This document shows positions 42,764 through 54,576 of a DNA stretch of 64,000 bases, piece after piece. The notes below the pieces were generated by a model. That model was not told where the DNA came from. It worked only from the letters and a program-made list of their open reading frames with translations, and did no database searches. The DNA comes from a bacterium (GTDB lineage Bacteria > UBA8248): NCBI GenBank assembly GCA_965202625.1, contig CBDBBI010000010.1, forward strand, positions 288,001 through 352,000, given 5' to 3'. Both the position numbers and the translations under genes were made by a program. Each line of letters starts with the position of its first letter. The stretch's first letter is position 1.

Positions 42764-45001
42764 TCAGAACACCTCTGAAAGCGCACCCGACCAGGCTGCC
42801 GCGATAGCCGGCATACCCAAATTCACAAGGGGGACATTGTCGGGGGTTTTGACTATGAAAGTACCCTCCAGCACCCGGCCGATGCACGTCAGCTCTGCTC
42901 CGAGACCTTGCACGACATCGCGCAGGGCACCCATCTCCTGAGAGGAGACGCTGACCAATATGCGCGATGCAACCTCCCCATACAACAGGCGATCGGACCT
43001 GTCCTCTCGCTCGGGGAGCCATACTTCTGCTCCAAGACCACTTTTTGGAGAGGCGAGCGCGGATTCGGCCAACGCGATTCCCAACCCGCCCTCGGAAAGG
43101 TCGTGGGCGGAGCGCACTAGACCGGCCTCGACTCCGCGTCTGCACGCAGTCTGCACGGCTTTCTCCGCATCTAGGGATATCTCCGGGGCGTCTCCCCCCT
43201 CCTGACCCGTTTCCACCCACACGTATTCATGGGCGTATGCCCCTGGCAATGGCGGTTCGGCACCGGGGTGAATCAAGGCGATGACGTCCCCTGGGGAGAC
43301 GAACCCGGGGCCGGTTCTCTTGTGGACGTCCTCCAGCAGACCGACCATGCCGACGATCGGGGTGGGGTAGATGTCCACGTGATGTGTCTCGTTGTAAAAA
43401 CTCACGTTTCCACTCACCACGGGCAGGCCCAAAGAGCGGCACGCTTGCGCCATCCCCTCAATTGAGAGGGAGAATTGCGCCATGACGGCGGGACGCTCCG
43501 GATTACCGAAGTTCAGGCAATTCGTGATCGCAAGGGGCCTAGCACCCACGCAGCAGACGTTTCGCGCGGCTTCCGCCACGTTGAGCAGCCCCCCTTTGTA
43601 GGGGTTGAGCATTCCGTATCGCGCGTTCCCGTCCGTGGTGAGGGCGAGCGCCTTGTTCGTGTATTTGAGCCGGATGATGGCGGCGTCTCCTCCTGGGGGA
43701 GCCACCGTATTCGTCCGAACCATGTAGTCATACTGCCGCCATATCGGTTTTTTGTCCCCTTGGTTGGGATGAGCCAGCAGTTTGAGGAGGCTGGGCCCAA
43801 GCAACTCTGGTTCTGGCAGGGTGTGCAGCGGATCGCTTGAAGAGAGGCCGCGCGCGTTCTCTTTTGGGCGGTCGTAGAGCGGAGCGTCGTCAGTAAGGGA
43901 GGATATGGGCAGGTTGGCGACTTCATCCTTTGAGAACGTCACGCGAAGTTTGCCGTCTCCGGTCACTTTCCCCACGACTGCCATCGGCAAGTCCCAACGC
44001 TCGCATATCTCCCGGACTTCGGACTCTCTGCCCTTCTCCGCGACAAGCAGCATCCTCTCCTGGCTCTCCGAGAGCATCATCTCATAGGGCGACATCTCTT
44101 CCTCTCGGCAAGGCACCGCGTCGATGCAAAGGAGGAGACCCGTGCCCGCCCGGCCCGCCATCTCGACGGAAGAGGACGTGAGGCCGGCGGCGCCCATATC
44201 CTGAATGCCGACTACGGCGCCACGCTTCATCAGTTCGAGGCATACCTCGAGCAGGAGTTTTTCCCGAAACGGATCCCCCACCTGCACGGTGGGTCTTTTT
44301 TGAAGAGCCGAGTCATCAAACCCCGCCGACGCCATGGAAGCGCCATGAATGCCGTCTCGTCCGGTGGGCGCGCCGACGTAGATTACCGGATTGCCAACAC
44401 CTGAAGCCGTGCCCCGGAATATGGCGTCTGCGCGCATGACGCCCGCGCACATCACGTTCACCAGAATGTTTCCGTTGTAGCAGGGGTGAAATTTCGTTTC
44501 TCCGCCCACGGTAGGAACGCCGATGCAGTTCCCGTAACCCGCGATGCCGGATACAACGCCGGAGACGAGATAGGGCGTTCGGGAATGCTCCGGCGCTCCG
44601 AAGCGGAGGCTGTCGAGCAACGCGACAGGTCGGGCGCCCATCGTGAAAATGTCCCTCAGAATGCCGCCCACTCCGGTGGCTGCGCCCTGGTGGGGTTCGA
44701 TGAAGGAGGGGTGATTGTGACTTTCCATTTTGAAGGCCACGGCCGCGCCCTCGCCTAGGGTGATGACGCCGGCGTTCTCCCCAGGCCCTTGCAGGACGCA
44801 GGTGCCTTGCGTGGGAAATTTCTTCAGGTGAATGCGGCTGCTTTTATAGGAACAGTGCTCGTTCCACATGGCGGAGAAGACGCCGAGTTCGGGGACGTTG
44901 GGACTGCGCCCCAGGATTTCGATCATGCGTTCCCATTCGGCTGAGGAAAGTCCGTGGTGGAGGGCCATCTCCAGCGTGGCGGCGGTATCTGTTTTGCTCA
45001 T
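42764..45001 (-). CDS. purL: FGAM synthase subunit PurL
   Basis: [31 protein letters not shown] and SGNVSFYNE motifs; start ATG 45001. Confidence 0.98.
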   Translation of the reverse strand: MSKTDTAATLEMALHHGLSSAEWERMIEILGRSPNVPELGVFSAMWNEHCSYKSSRIHLKKFPTQGTCVLQGPGENAGVITLGEGAAVAFKMESHNHPSFIEPHQGAATGVGGILRDIFTMGARPVALLDSLRFGAPEHSRTPYLVSGVVSGIAGYGNCIGVPTVGGETKFHPCYNGNILVNVMCAGVMRADAIFRGTASGVGNPVIYVGAPTGRDGIHGASMASAGFDDSALQKRPTVQVGDPFREKLLLEVCLELMKRGAVVGIQDMGAAGLTSSSVEMAGRAGTGLLLCIDAVPCREEEMSPYEMMLSESQERMLLVAEKGRESEVREICERWDLPMAVVGKVTGDGKLRVTFSKDEVANLPISSLTDDAPLYDRPKENARGLSSSDPLHTLPEPELLGPSLLKLLAHPNQGDKKPIWRQYDYMVRTNTVAPPGGDAAIIRLKYTNKALALTTDGNARYGMLNPYKGGLLNVAEAARNVCCVGARPLAITNCLNFGNPERPAVMAQFSLSIEGMAQACRSLGLPVVSGNVSFYNETHHVDIYPTPIVGMVGLLEDVHKRTGPGFVSPGDVIALIHPGAEPPLPGAYAHEYVWVETGQEGGDAPEISLDAEKAVQTACRRGVEAGLVRSAHDLSEGGLGIALAESALASPKSGLGAEVWLPEREDRSDRLLYGEVASRILVSVSSQEMGALRDVVQGLGAELTCIGRVLEGTFIVKTPDNVPLVNLGMPAIAAAWSGALSEVF

Positions 45002-45693
45002 GTGGAGGCCGTCATCTGAACGGCGGAAGCGAACACCCGTAACCCGTCCTCTCCGCCCAGTAAGGGATCGCAGCAGCGCTCGGGGTGGGGCATGAGGCCC
45101 ACCACGTTTCCTTGCAGGTTGCATACGCCGGCGATGTTTCCAAGCGACCCGTTGGGATTCGCCTCCACGCTCACATGACCCTCCAGGTCCGTGTATCGAA
45201 AGACGATTTGGTCGTTGTCCTCGAGCGCAGCGAGCGTTTCTGGCGAGCAGAAGTAGTTTCCCTCCCCATGCGCGATGGGCATTCGAAGAATTTCTGCCGG
45301 CTGAATCCCGCAGGTGAAGGGGGTTCTGGAGGTTTCGCACTTCAGCCAAACGTCGTTGCAGATGAAGCGAAGCGACTCGTTCCGCCTCAAGGCCCCGGGC
45401 AGGAGGCCAGATTCGGACAGACACTGAAAGCCGTTGCATACGCCGAGTAAGGGGCGTCCTTCTCTCGCGTGTGTGGACACCGCTTTCATGATGGGAGAGA
45501 AGCGTGATATGGCGCCGGCCCTCAGATAATCCCCGTAGCTGAACCCCCCGGGGAGTATCACCACCTCCGCGTCTCCCAGCGAGGCGTCCTTATGCCAGAC
45601 GAACCGCACCGGCTGCTTGAGGATGCCCTTTACAGCGCTGTAGCAGTCATGATCGCAATTGGAGCCTGGAAAGACGATGACGGCGAACTTCAT
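44998..45693 (-). CDS. purQ: FGAM synthase subunit PurQ
   Basis: [25 protein letters not shown] and MPHPER motifs. Confidence 0.98.
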   Translation of the reverse strand: MKFAVIVFPGSNCDHDCYSAVKGILKQPVRFVWHKDASLGDAEVVILPGGFSYGDYLRAGAISRFSPIMKAVSTHAREGRPLLGVCNGFQCLSESGLLPGALRRNESLRFICNDVWLKCETSRTPFTCGIQPAEILRMPIAHGEGNYFCSPETLAALEDNDQIVFRYTDLEGHVSVEANPNGSLGNIAGVCNLQGNVVGLMPHPERCCDPLLGGEDGLRVFASAVQMTAST

Positions 45694-45956
45694 TATCGAT
45701 TCCCGCCATTCGTGGATTCATCCACGACTTCAATGCGATAGTCTTCAATGACGGGGTTGGCGAGAAGTTCCTGACACATGCGCTCAAGGTCGGCGCGGAC
45801 GCGCGTTGAATTCTCGAGCCCTATCTCAATGAACTTGCCCACGCGAACATCCGTTACGCCCTTGAATCCAAGGGAGTATAGCGCGTCCCGAACGGCTTCC
45901 CCTTGCGGGTCGAGCACGCCGGCTTTGAACGTAACGTAAACCAAAGCTTTCGCCAT
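45693..45956 (-). CDS. purS: FGAM synthase subunit PurS
   Basis: VLDPQG, VRVGK and LLANPVIEDY motifs. Confidence 0.97.
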   Translation of the reverse strand: MAKALVYVTFKAGVLDPQGEAVRDALYSLGFKGVTDVRVGKFIEIGLENSTRVRADLERMCQELLANPVIEDYRIEVVDESTNGGNR

Positions 45957-45980
45957 CGTTGTCTCTTGGAGAACGGGGCG

Positions 45981-46694
45981 TTAGTTTTTGACGATCTTTT
46001 CGACTTCAGCGTATGCGTCTTCCACGTTTCCCATGTCTCTGCGGAAGCGATCCTTGTCCAATTTTCGGCCCGTGCCCTTCTCCCAGAGACGGCAGCTGTC
46101 CGGCGTGATCTCGTCGCCCAGCAGTAAATTGCACCCCTCGGCCACGCAACGCCCGAACTCGAGCTTGAAATCCACGAGATCGATGTTGCGCTCCGAGAAA
46201 AACGAGGTGAGGATGTCGTTCACCTGAAGGGCGTATTCGCGCATTCGAGCGAGCTCACCCCTCCTCGCCAAGCCAAAGGCGACGGCTGTGTCTTCATTGA
46301 TGAGTGGATCGTCGAGCCCATCGTTCTTGAGATGCAGATCGACGATCGTGTTGGGAAGGCGCGTCCCTTCCTCCACGCCCATTCTTTTGGCCAGGCTTCC
46401 CGCGATGGTGTTTCTCAGTACCACCTCGACCAAAATGATGTCGAGCTTCTTAACCAGCATTTCCCGCTCCGAGAGTTTTTTGATGAAATGTGTGGGCACG
46501 CCCTGACGATCTACCTCCTGGAGCAGGCGCGAGGAGATGGAGTTGTTGAATACTCCTTTTGATGCGATGGAGCCCAGCTTCTTGGCGTTGAAAGCGGAGG
46601 TGTCATCCTTGAAGAATTGAATGTAGTAGGCGGGGTCGTCCGTCTCGTAGATGATCTTCGCCTTGCCTTCGTACACCTGCTTGCCGCGTTTCAT
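45981..46694 (-). CDS. purC: SAICAR synthase
   Basis: YEGKAK, EVV.RN..AGS, VDFKLEFG, DEITPDSCRLW and DKDRFR motifs. Confidence 0.98.
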   Translation of the reverse strand: MKRGKQVYEGKAKIIYETDDPAYYIQFFKDDTSAFNAKKLGSIASKGVFNNSISSRLLQEVDRQGVPTHFIKKLSEREMLVKKLDIILVEVVLRNTIAGSLAKRMGVEEGTRLPNTIVDLHLKNDGLDDPLINEDTAVAFGLARRGELARMREYALQVNDILTSFFSERNIDLVDFKLEFGRCVAEGCNLLLGDEITPDSCRLWEKGTGRKLDKDRFRRDMGNVEDAYAEVEKIVKN

Positions 46695-46845
46695 GAACAA
46701 TTCTCCATTTGGGGATAACCGCGCCAAGCTTCCTCTCCGCGGTGATCCCATGATCTAAACGGGTTGAAAGATGACTATTCCCGGGCGGCGGGGTCCTCTA
46801 CTATAGCATATCGGAGCCAATTTTTTTCACTTTCGCGTCGGGTTT

Positions 46846-48153
46846 TCATTTGTCATGCGGGCCAAAGACCCGCTCGAAAATTTGGTCCAGGTTTCGCAGG
46901 TGAACGTCCATGTCAAAACATTGGGCGAGTTTTGCCTCCCCCAGAACGCCGCCCACTTCGGAGTCCGCCGCCAGTCTAGACTGAAAGTCATCGCCCTCGG
47001 TCCATGTCTGCATGGCGTGGGCCTGAACACGCGCATAAGCTTCCTCTCGAGTGAGTCCTCCCTTGCGAATCAGGGCAAGCATGACGTGTTCGCTGAGGAG
47101 CAGCCCTTTGGAGCGCGCGAGGTTTTCCTGCATCCTGTTGGGGTAGAGCATCCAGTTTTCCATTAAATTGTTGAGTTTGTTGAGCATGTAATCAACGAGG
47201 ATCGTGCTGTCCGGCAAGATGACGCGCTCCACGGAGGAATGAGAGATGTCACGCTCATGCCAGAGGGGAACGTTTTGCAGAGCCGCTGTCGCGTTTGCCT
47301 GTACCACGCGAGCGAGACCGCAAAGCTGCTCCGAGACGACGGGATTTCTCTTATGGGGCATGGCGGAGCTGCCCTTTTGCCCCTCGCTGAAGAACTCCTC
47401 CGCCTCGCCCACTTCGTTCCTTTGGAGGTGGCGAACCTCCGTTGCTACGCGGGAGATGCTCGCCGCCACGAGGGCGAGGGCGAGGTGATACTCCGCATGG
47501 CGGTCGCGCTGGATGATCTGGCTGCTCACGCGTTCCACCTCGAGGCCCAAGCGTTTGCATATTGCTTCCTCCGCATCCGGCGGAATGTGGGGACACGCGC
47601 CCACGGCGCCCGATATTTGACCGACGCGAACGGTTTCACGCGCGGTGCGCATCCGCTCGCTCGCGCGTTCGAACTCAGTGTGCCAGGTTGCTATTTTCAG
47701 ACCTAAAGTGGTTGGCTCGGCGTGCATTCCATGGGTGCGGCCGGATATGAGCGTGCGCTTTTGCCTGAGCGCGCGCTCTTTAAGGGTCTTCATAAGCTTT
47801 TTAATGTCGGCGAGAATGACGTCGGCCGCCGATACGAGTTGAAGGGCGAGCGCGGTGTCGAGAACGTCGCTGCTCGTCATGCCGAGATGAATGTAGCGCG
47901 AGGAGGGCCCGATGTGCTCTGCCACGCTGGTGAGGAACGCGATGACGTCGTGTTTGGTGGTGCGCTCGATCTGCTTGATTCGCTCCGGGTCGAACCCCGC
48001 CTTTGATTTGATCTCCTCCAGCGTGTCCTCTGGAATCTCGCCTCGCTCCGCCATCTCTTCGCAAACGGCGATCTCCACTTCGAGCATGCGCTGAAGTTTT
48101 TCACGCTCATCCCAAATTTTCGCCATCTCAGGGCGCGTGTATCGCGGAATCAA
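46846..48153 (-). CDS. purB: adenylosuccinate lyase
   Basis: MIPRY, HDVIAF, GRTHG.HAEP and GSSAMPHKRNP motifs. Confidence 0.98.
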   Translation of the reverse strand: MIPRYTRPEMAKIWDEREKLQRMLEVEIAVCEEMAERGEIPEDTLEEIKSKAGFDPERIKQIERTTKHDVIAFLTSVAEHIGPSSRYIHLGMTSSDVLDTALALQLVSAADVILADIKKLMKTLKERALRQKRTLISGRTHGMHAEPTTLGLKIATWHTEFERASERMRTARETVRVGQISGAVGACPHIPPDAEEAICKRLGLEVERVSSQIIQRDRHAEYHLALALVAASISRVATEVRHLQRNEVGEAEEFFSEGQKGSSAMPHKRNPVVSEQLCGLARVVQANATAALQNVPLWHERDISHSSVERVILPDSTILVDYMLNKLNNLMENWMLYPNRMQENLARSKGLLLSEHVMLALIRKGGLTREEAYARVQAHAMQTWTEGDDFQSRLAADSEVGGVLGEAKLAQCFDMDVHLRNLDQIFERVFGPHDK

Positions 48154-48944
48154 GAGGCGTCCTCCATCGCTCCTCCGGCACCGATGAGGGGGGTAGGTTT
48201 ATCCTGGCTGGCGCTTAGGAGATTCCCACCACCGTGGCCGTTCAGCGCTTTTCGGGCGGTCTCCCTGAGGAGTCGGTTTTCGTTGTTCTCCTGTGAAATA
48301 TGCGCGCAGACGAGCCATTCGAGGTCAGCCGTAGCGACGTTTTTGAGTAGTCGCGCCGCGTCCTCGTTGCTGAGGTGTCCAAGTTTGCCCCGAATTCTCT
48401 GCTTGATGGACCAGGGGTAGGGACCGTTGATGAGCATCTCCACATCATGGTTGAACTCCAGGACGAGCCCCTGAAGTCCCCTGAGCCGCTGACGTGCCAG
48501 GTTCGTGACGAACCCCATGTCAGTGGCGAAGCCAACGCGGCGCCCGTCCTCGCCGCTTAGTATGATTCCGAATGGATCGGCCGCGTCATGCGGCGTGCTG
48601 AAAGGTTCGATCCGCACGCCGCCGATGTAGAAGGGGAGTCCCACGTCGACTTTCCGCCACCCGGGCGTCTTGCCTATCTTCTCTAGGCTCGCCTTATAGG
48701 TTCCCGCGTTCGTCCAGAGGGGCAAATTCCATCTTCTCGCCAGCGTGCCAGCGCTTCTGACGTGATCGATGTGCTCATGAGTGAGGACTATAGCCATCAA
48801 GTCCTTCGGGTGGAGGCCATAGACTTCGAGGTGTTTGGTGATTTGCCGTGCACTGAGGCCTGCATCCACGAGAAACGCCGCGCCGCCTGAGCGAACCAGG
48901 GCGGCGTTCCCCCGACTTCCGCTTCCTAGAATTCCGATTTCCAC
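48150..48944 (-). CDS. metallo-beta-lactamase fold hydrolase (YycJ/WalJ-like)
   Basis: GSGSRGN, THEHIDH, PHDA, EFNHD, GHLSN and HISQENN motifs. Confidence 0.92.
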   Translation of the reverse strand: MEIGILGSGSRGNAALVRSGGAAFLVDAGLSARQITKHLEVYGLHPKDLMAIVLTHEHIDHVRSAGTLARRWNLPLWTNAGTYKASLEKIGKTPGWRKVDVGLPFYIGGVRIEPFSTPHDAADPFGIILSGEDGRRVGFATDMGFVTNLARQRLRGLQGLVLEFNHDVEMLINGPYPWSIKQRIRGKLGHLSNEDAARLLKNVATADLEWLVCAHISQENNENRLLRETARKALNGHGGGNLLSASQDKPTPLIGAGGAMEDAS

Positions 48945-49029
48945 GTCTCTTGTCCCATCGCTGTTTTTGTGTTCATCGGTTCAGGGGAGGTGTGTCGCCC
49001 GAATTCAAGACAATCTTTTGCATCTCTTT

Positions 49030-49600
49030 GATCCCCTGGTGAGAGAATTCCCGTCAATTCGGGGAGAGATTATGCCGCAAGGCCATTTCATGCGCTTCCT
49101 GGATGAAATAGCTGTCATTCGGGTGGAGTTTCACCACAGAGTCCGCCGATCCGGAGACCGGCCCCCCGCCGTTTTCCGTCATCGAAACTTCGAGCAGACG
49201 AGGGGCGTGCGCTCCCGCAAGCCGCCGAGTCGATGTTGGAGGAATTGCCGCTCGTGTGCAAGTGCAGGGCCATGCCTTCCCCCTTGCCGATGGACCTGAA
49301 TTCGTCATGGGGGAATATCTCATTTATAGGCGTAATCGTTTTTGGTGGCGGTGAGTGCGCCCATACTGCCGCTGAGGCGAATGGCAGGGAGGGGAGCACG
49401 GTCGGCCCGAAAGTGGATCCAACCATGTGTTCGTCCATGAAATGCATGGCCAGCGCGGTACTTTCCCCATTGCTGGGGCGGTGATTTTTCTTTTCGATTC
49501 CAGACATTCGGTATAATTTTGCGGATATTGTCCACCTGTCCGGAACAATCGTTCTCGGTGAGCGATTGACGCCTCGTGGCGCGCTCAGCCCCGAATTGCT
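49030..49600 (-). pseudogene. gmhA: degraded D-sedoheptulose-7-phosphate isomerase (SIS domain)
   Basis: Fragments across three frames in GmhA order: NG.S.A.AMHF, DRAPLPAI.L....LTATKNDYAY, EIF, TSGNSSNI, SMTENGGG...AD, IQEAH...H; ends approximate. Confidence 0.82.
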
Positions 49601-49759
49601 TTGCCGAGGGCTCCAAGCCAAGGGATACCTCTGCGTCAGTGGGCGGTGGAGATAATGAAACGGGCGAACACCCGCAACACCCTATACTTTAGCCGATCCG
49701 CGCCTTGGATTTCAAGACGCCTTGATGAAGAACATTAAAGACGTGAAGCGTGCGCGGGC

Positions 49760-50716
49760 TTAGCGTTTTGCGTTCAATCGTTCCCTGAAATCATTGATCG
49801 TGGCGAGAAGCCCTGTTTCCAGTGAAACCTTTGGCTCCCAGTCGAGATATTTTTTCGCCTTTTGAACGTCTGGCTGCCGAATTCTCGGGTCATCTACGGG
49901 CAAGGACTTGTGGTGAATTTCCGAGTCCGCCTCTGTGAGGGTGATGATTTTTTTTGCAAGGCCGAGAACGCTCATCTCGGAGGGATTCCCAAGGTTGACG
50001 GGCTCATGAATTTCGCTGTCCATCAGTTTGATGAGGCCGTGAATGAGGTCGGTGATAAAGCAGAAACTTCTCGTTTGCCGGCCGTTGCCAAAGACGCTGA
50101 TGGGTTCGTTTCTGATGGCCTGGGAGATGAATGTGGGTATCGCGCGTCCGTCCGCGATTCGCATTCTCGGGCCGTAGGTGTTGAAAATGCGCGCGATGCG
50201 CGCGTCAAGGCGGTGTGTCCGGTGATACGCCATCGTCATCGCCTCGGAGAACCTTTTCGCCTCGTCGTATACCCCGCGCAGACCAATGGGGTTGACGTGG
50301 CCCCAGTATTCCTCGTGTTGCGGGTGGATTTGGGGGTCGCCGTATACCTCCGAGGTCGAGGCGAGAAGAAAACACGCCTTTTTCTCTTTGGCGAGTCCCA
50401 GAGCGTTATGCGTCCCGAGTGATCCGACCTTGAGCGTCTGGATGGGAAGTTTCAGATAGTCATTTGGGCTGGCCGGACTCGCGAGATGGAAAACCGCGTC
50501 CACGCTTCCCTCGATGTGGATGTGTGCGCTCACGTTGTGGTCGATGAGTGTGAAATTGAGGTTTTTGTTTTTGGAGAGGTGCTCGACATTTGTCCATTCT
50601 CCCGTGATGAAATTGTCCACGCATACGACATGGTTACCCAGAGTGATAAGTCGGTCGCACAAATGAGAGCCGATGAAGCCTGCTCCACCCGTTACCACGA
50701 CGCGGGAATTTTTCAT
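49760..50716 (-). CDS. UDP-glucuronic acid decarboxylase family protein
   Basis: [35 protein letters not shown] and [10 protein letters not shown] motifs. Confidence 0.95.
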   Translation of the reverse strand: MKNSRVVVTGGAGFIGSHLCDRLITLGNHVVCVDNFITGEWTNVEHLSKNKNLNFTLIDHNVSAHIHIEGSVDAVFHLASPASPNDYLKLPIQTLKVGSLGTHNALGLAKEKKACFLLASTSEVYGDPQIHPQHEEYWGHVNPIGLRGVYDEAKRFSEAMTMAYHRTHRLDARIARIFNTYGPRMRIADGRAIPTFISQAIRNEPISVFGNGRQTRSFCFITDLIHGLIKLMDSEIHEPVNLGNPSEMSVLGLAKKIITLTEADSEIHHKSLPVDDPRIRQPDVQKAKKYLDWEPKVSLETGLLATINDFRERLNAKR

Positions 50717-52044
50717 TTTCGAGGCCTAGCCGGCGTTTTTCCGATGCTGTGGTGTTCGAATCCCGCATCCGTCAACTGTTCTGAGGAATAGACGTTTCGC
50801 CCGTCGAATATGATCGGCTCCATCATCTCCGCTTGCAGGCGACTCAGGTTCAACTGAATGAATTCCCGCCACTCGGTGACGATGACTACCCCGCTCGTGC
50901 CTTTCGCCGCATCATAGGGGTTTCGGCAATACGTCACCCGATCCTCCCCGATGATTCGCCGGGCGTTCTCCGTGGCGATAGGGTCGTAGGCGCGCAGTCT
51001 CGCCCCTGCGCCTCGAAGCGCGTGGCAAATTTCGATGCTCTTCGCCTCTCGCATGTCGTCGGTGTTCGGCTTGAACGACAGCCCCAGAATGCCGATGGTT
51101 TTCCCTTCCAGCGGCACCCCGATTTTCTTGCCCAGTCTGTCGATGATTCTTTTCGCGAATCGGGGTGCCCGGCTGTCGTTCTCCTCTTTCACCGATTCTA
51201 AAATCTTCATTTCCGCGCCGAGCTCCTTGGAGGCATGCAACAGGGCGTCCACGTCTTTCGGAAAACAGGAGCCGCCATAGCCCAGACCCGCCTCCAGGAA
51301 GGCGGAGCCAATTCTCGAATCCGCGCCCACACCCTTGGCGACGTCCCGAATGTTGGCTTGCGTCCGCTCGCAAAGGTTCGCCACCGCGTTGATGAACGTG
51401 ATTTTTGTCGCCAAGAATGCGTTCGAAGCATATTTTATCAACTCAGCGCTTTGTGTGTTCGTGATCAGGAAAGGGGCGTTCAGAGCTTGATACATCATCT
51501 GCACGGTCTTCGCCGCTTTCTTCGATGCGGAGCCGATGACGATGCGATCCGGCTGGAGTGTGTCTTGCACCGCTTGCCCCTCGCGCAAAAACTCCGGATT
51601 GGAAACCAGGTCGAAATTTTTTGGAGCGACACCGTTTCTTTCGATGATGCTTCGGACGAATTCCCCCGTACCGACGGGCACGGTGCTTTTGTTGACAATG
51701 ATCTTGTAGTCGTTCATCGCGTGGGCGATGTCCTTCGCCGCCGCTTCCACTTGCGAGAGGTCCGTTCCGCCGTCCTCGGCCGGAGGCGTGCCCACGCAAA
51801 TAAAAATGATCTCGCTTCTTGAAGCAGCCTGGGAGATAGAGGTAGTGAACGTGAGTCTGCCTTCTTTGAGATTGTGCTCCAAGAGTTCAGGTAATCTGGG
51901 CTCGTGAATGGGGCAGCGGCCCGAGTTCAGGGTGTCCACGCGGCCCTGGTCAACGTCCACGCCGATGACGGCGTTTCCCAAATTTGCGAATACCGCCCCT
52001 GTCACCAATCCGACGTATCCACAGCCAATAACGCAAATATTCAT
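50713..52044 (-). CDS. ugd: UDP-glucose 6-dehydrogenase
   Basis: [35 protein letters not shown] and FKPNTDDMR motifs. Confidence 0.96.
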   Translation of the reverse strand: MNICVIGCGYVGLVTGAVFANLGNAVIGVDVDQGRVDTLNSGRCPIHEPRLPELLEHNLKEGRLTFTTSISQAASRSEIIFICVGTPPAEDGGTDLSQVEAAAKDIAHAMNDYKIIVNKSTVPVGTGEFVRSIIERNGVAPKNFDLVSNPEFLREGQAVQDTLQPDRIVIGSASKKAAKTVQMMYQALNAPFLITNTQSAELIKYASNAFLATKITFINAVANLCERTQANIRDVAKGVGADSRIGSAFLEAGLGYGGSCFPKDVDALLHASKELGAEMKILESVKEENDSRAPRFAKRIIDRLGKKIGVPLEGKTIGILGLSFKPNTDDMREAKSIEICHALRGAGARLRAYDPIATENARRIIGEDRVTYCRNPYDAAKGTSGVVIVTEWREFIQLNLSRLQAEMMEPIIFDGRNVYSSEQLTDAGFEHHSIGKTPARPRK

Positions 52045-52134
52045 TCATCCCATCCTTCTTGAAATGGGCAGCTCGCCTAGGCACTTGAAACAGAGGTCGC
52101 GCCCTTTCGCCGAAAAGGCGGAGGCGCCAGTGAG

Positions 52135-54414
52135 TTACTTCTCGAAAATTTGCTTCCTGAACCTCGGTGCCCTCTCTCCTTCGAGCACGCCGAGGAGGCT
52201 GAAGCCGAAAAAAACTTCTCTTTCGTCTTGCGTGTCGCTGAGAGTGAGTTCCAGCCCCCAGCAACATCCCCGGTAGAGTGCGCTGATGCTTTGCTCAAGC
52301 CTGGTGCTCTCCGTTCTGTTCAAGCGCGTAATGTATTCAAGGAATAGATTTCCGCCGATGGAGAACCCACCGGAGAAATTTAAAAAGCTGCTCCCCTCGC
52401 TTTTAGGGAAATCATTCCTCTGGCGCGTCCACGTCCGATCGACGTTAAGATACCAATTTTTGCCGCCATCAAGGAGGAAACCCGTCGAATGTTCGCTGAT
52501 TTCTGATTCGTATGGATTGTATTTGATCTCTTGTAGGAGGCGAACCCTGGGCGTGGGCCGAGATTCGAGTCGGAAGGTGATGTCGCTGAAAGGGCGCTTG
52601 GGTTTCGTGGATAGATTTTGTGTCCTTCGCTCCTCAGCGAAATCGTAGGTCTGGCTGATTCGGTAGCGAAACAACTGTGTCGTCTCTTCTCCTTCTTCTT
52701 TGAGCAGCTTCGTCAGTAAGCGGTTCACGAGCGCGTATTCGACGACGTTTTCGTCCTCAAGGGAATCCACCGCATCCAGTGGGATGATCAGGCGTCGGTC
52801 TTGCGCGTCGTGGTCCGGGCTGTATCGATACGTCGTCTCAAGCGACAGGATGTGCTTGAAATCTCGGAAGGGGCCGAGGTCTGCTTTGTAGATTCTGCTG
52901 TAGCGAGGGCCGACCGTGTGGAGCCTGGCGAACCACATTTCACGCGAGAGGCCCGATTCTGCCTGTTGCATGGAATCGGGGTTGTCGCCCACGCTCGCGT
53001 CCCTTTTCTGATGGGTCCAGTAGGTTTCGCGAAATCCGATTTCGGGCGTCACCTTTAACCAGGGGACCGTCTCTAGTTTAAGCGAAACGGACGGCTCGAC
53101 GTGGAGACGACCCAATTGAATCGTATTCTCTTCCTCGATTTTTCTGAAATGAACAGCAGAAGAGTCCAGGTTAAAGTAAAAATCGCTCGTTCCAAGACGC
53201 TTACTCTGAATGTCCAGGGTGATTTCTGGTTCCTTTTGAAATAGTTCCCCCTCGTTTTCGTTCAACCCTTCGCGTCGCCTCATTCCTACCTGAATCTGCC
53301 CGGAAATCTCGGGGAAGTTTTGCGTGAAAGTGAAGTGAGAGTCCGTATCCTGGCGCGTGCGAGCCAGCAAGTCGCTTTCGAGGGAACGGTCGATCGCCGG
53401 GCGTTTATCGAAGTCGAACACGGCGCGCAGATGCGCGTCTTTGAAACTGGTATGGTGGTAGCCTTTGACGTCCCAGAAGGCCGCTCGCTCGCTCTTGTCC
53501 TTCAAGTAGCGACCCGCTATCTCGCCGGATGTGTCTCGGCTCAGCGCGTAGCGGTATTCTCCCTTGTAGCGGATGCCGCGTTTGCTGAAATAGTCGAATC
53601 CAGCAGTGGCGTCTGACCAGTCGTTGATGGCCCAAAAGAATGAAGGGGAGAGCTCCAAGCCATCCTTGTCGCTAGAGCTGACGCCGAGGGGGAGAAAGCC
53701 GGTTGCTCTTTTCGTTTTTACTGGCAGGATGGCCCATGGAAAATATGCCGCCGGCGCGCCCTTGATCGTCACGGTCGGGGCGTGGAGTTGGGCGTAGCCC
53801 TCGACTTGAAAGGTGGCGCGCTTGAAGCCGAAGGCCCAATCCGGAAGATCGCCTTCGCACGTGGTAAAGGTGCCTCCCTGGATTTCGTATCGATCCTCGG
53901 ACAAGCGTCGCATCACTTGTCCCGTCAAGTAGTAAGTGGCGCCTATGAAGCCGCGCGCGTTGAATATGACCATACGCTCAGTATCGAGATTGAACTCGAT
54001 ATGGGTGGCCACGATACGGTCGTTTCTGGTTTGAAAGACGACGTTTCCCGTGGCAACGCCATCGCGCGTCGATGTTTGAACTTCAATATGGTCCGCTTGG
54101 ATCCTGTTGTCCAAATACCGAATGTCTGAAAATCCGCGGCCGATAATTCGCTGTCGTTCCCGATCTTCTCGTATCTGGTCGGCCGTGATGTCGATGGAAG
54201 CGTTGGGATCTCTGAAAACCCAGGGCTCCTCGTCGTTTTTTTGAGATGAGGCGGGCGCGGTTTGGTTTTGTGATCTGGGGGTGAATTGTGCCTCCGGGCA
54301 AGGAGGTTCCCAGAAAAGACTGAGGAGGAGAAAGATGAATGCGAAACGAAACGCTCGGGGTCTCAAAAAAGCGGCGACCTTTGATGCACTATGTAGCATG
54401 AGAACGATCGTCAT
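52135..54414 (-). CDS. lptD: LPS-assembly protein LptD
   Basis: Signal peptide; OstA-like N-terminus (ITAD, GNV, FTTC); PVKTKRATGFL, FFWAI and C-terminal YRGCCWG; start uncertain. Confidence 0.9.
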   Translation of the reverse strand: MTIVLMLHSASKVAAFLRPRAFRFAFIFLLLSLFWEPPCPEAQFTPRSQNQTAPASSQKNDEEPWVFRDPNASIDITADQIREDRERQRIIGRGFSDIRYLDNRIQADHIEVQTSTRDGVATGNVVFQTRNDRIVATHIEFNLDTERMVIFNARGFIGATYYLTGQVMRRLSEDRYEIQGGTFTTCEGDLPDWAFGFKRATFQVEGYAQLHAPTVTIKGAPAAYFPWAILPVKTKRATGFLPLGVSSSDKDGLELSPSFFWAINDWSDATAGFDYFSKRGIRYKGEYRYALSRDTSGEIAGRYLKDKSERAAFWDVKGYHHTSFKDAHLRAVFDFDKRPAIDRSLESDLLARTRQDTDSHFTFTQNFPEISGQIQVGMRRREGLNENEGELFQKEPEITLDIQSKRLGTSDFYFNLDSSAVHFRKIEEENTIQLGRLHVEPSVSLKLETVPWLKVTPEIGFRETYWTHQKRDASVGDNPDSMQQAESGLSREMWFARLHTVGPRYSRIYKADLGPFRDFKHILSLETTYRYSPDHDAQDRRLIIPLDAVDSLEDENVVEYALVNRLLTKLLKEEGEETTQLFRYRISQTYDFAEERRTQNLSTKPKRPFSDITFRLESRPTPRVRLLQEIKYNPYESEISEHSTGFLLDGGKNWYLNVDRTWTRQRNDFPKSEGSSFLNFSGGFSIGGNLFLEYITRLNRTESTRLEQSISALYRGCCWGLELTLSDTQDEREVFFGFSLLGVLEGERAPRFRKQIFEK

Positions 54415-54576
54415 CGTGATTTGCTGAAAATCTCTTGAACTTCAGAGGAACGTAGATTTGGGAAGACGGATTTTTAATGAACACGATTATGATGGGTATT
54501 TCATCAGATCGCAATCAGGGAAGCGATTGTGAAGAAAGGTCGCCGTCACAGATGCGGGAACGCGGACTGGGGAGGG

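Noticed and set aside
45002-45439. N-terminal extension of the purL ORF
   Set aside because: Lies within purQ; PurL homology begins near ATG 45001.
52095-52130. Hairpin between lptD and ugd as a terminator
   Set aside because: The stem is present but has no U-tract on the coding strand.
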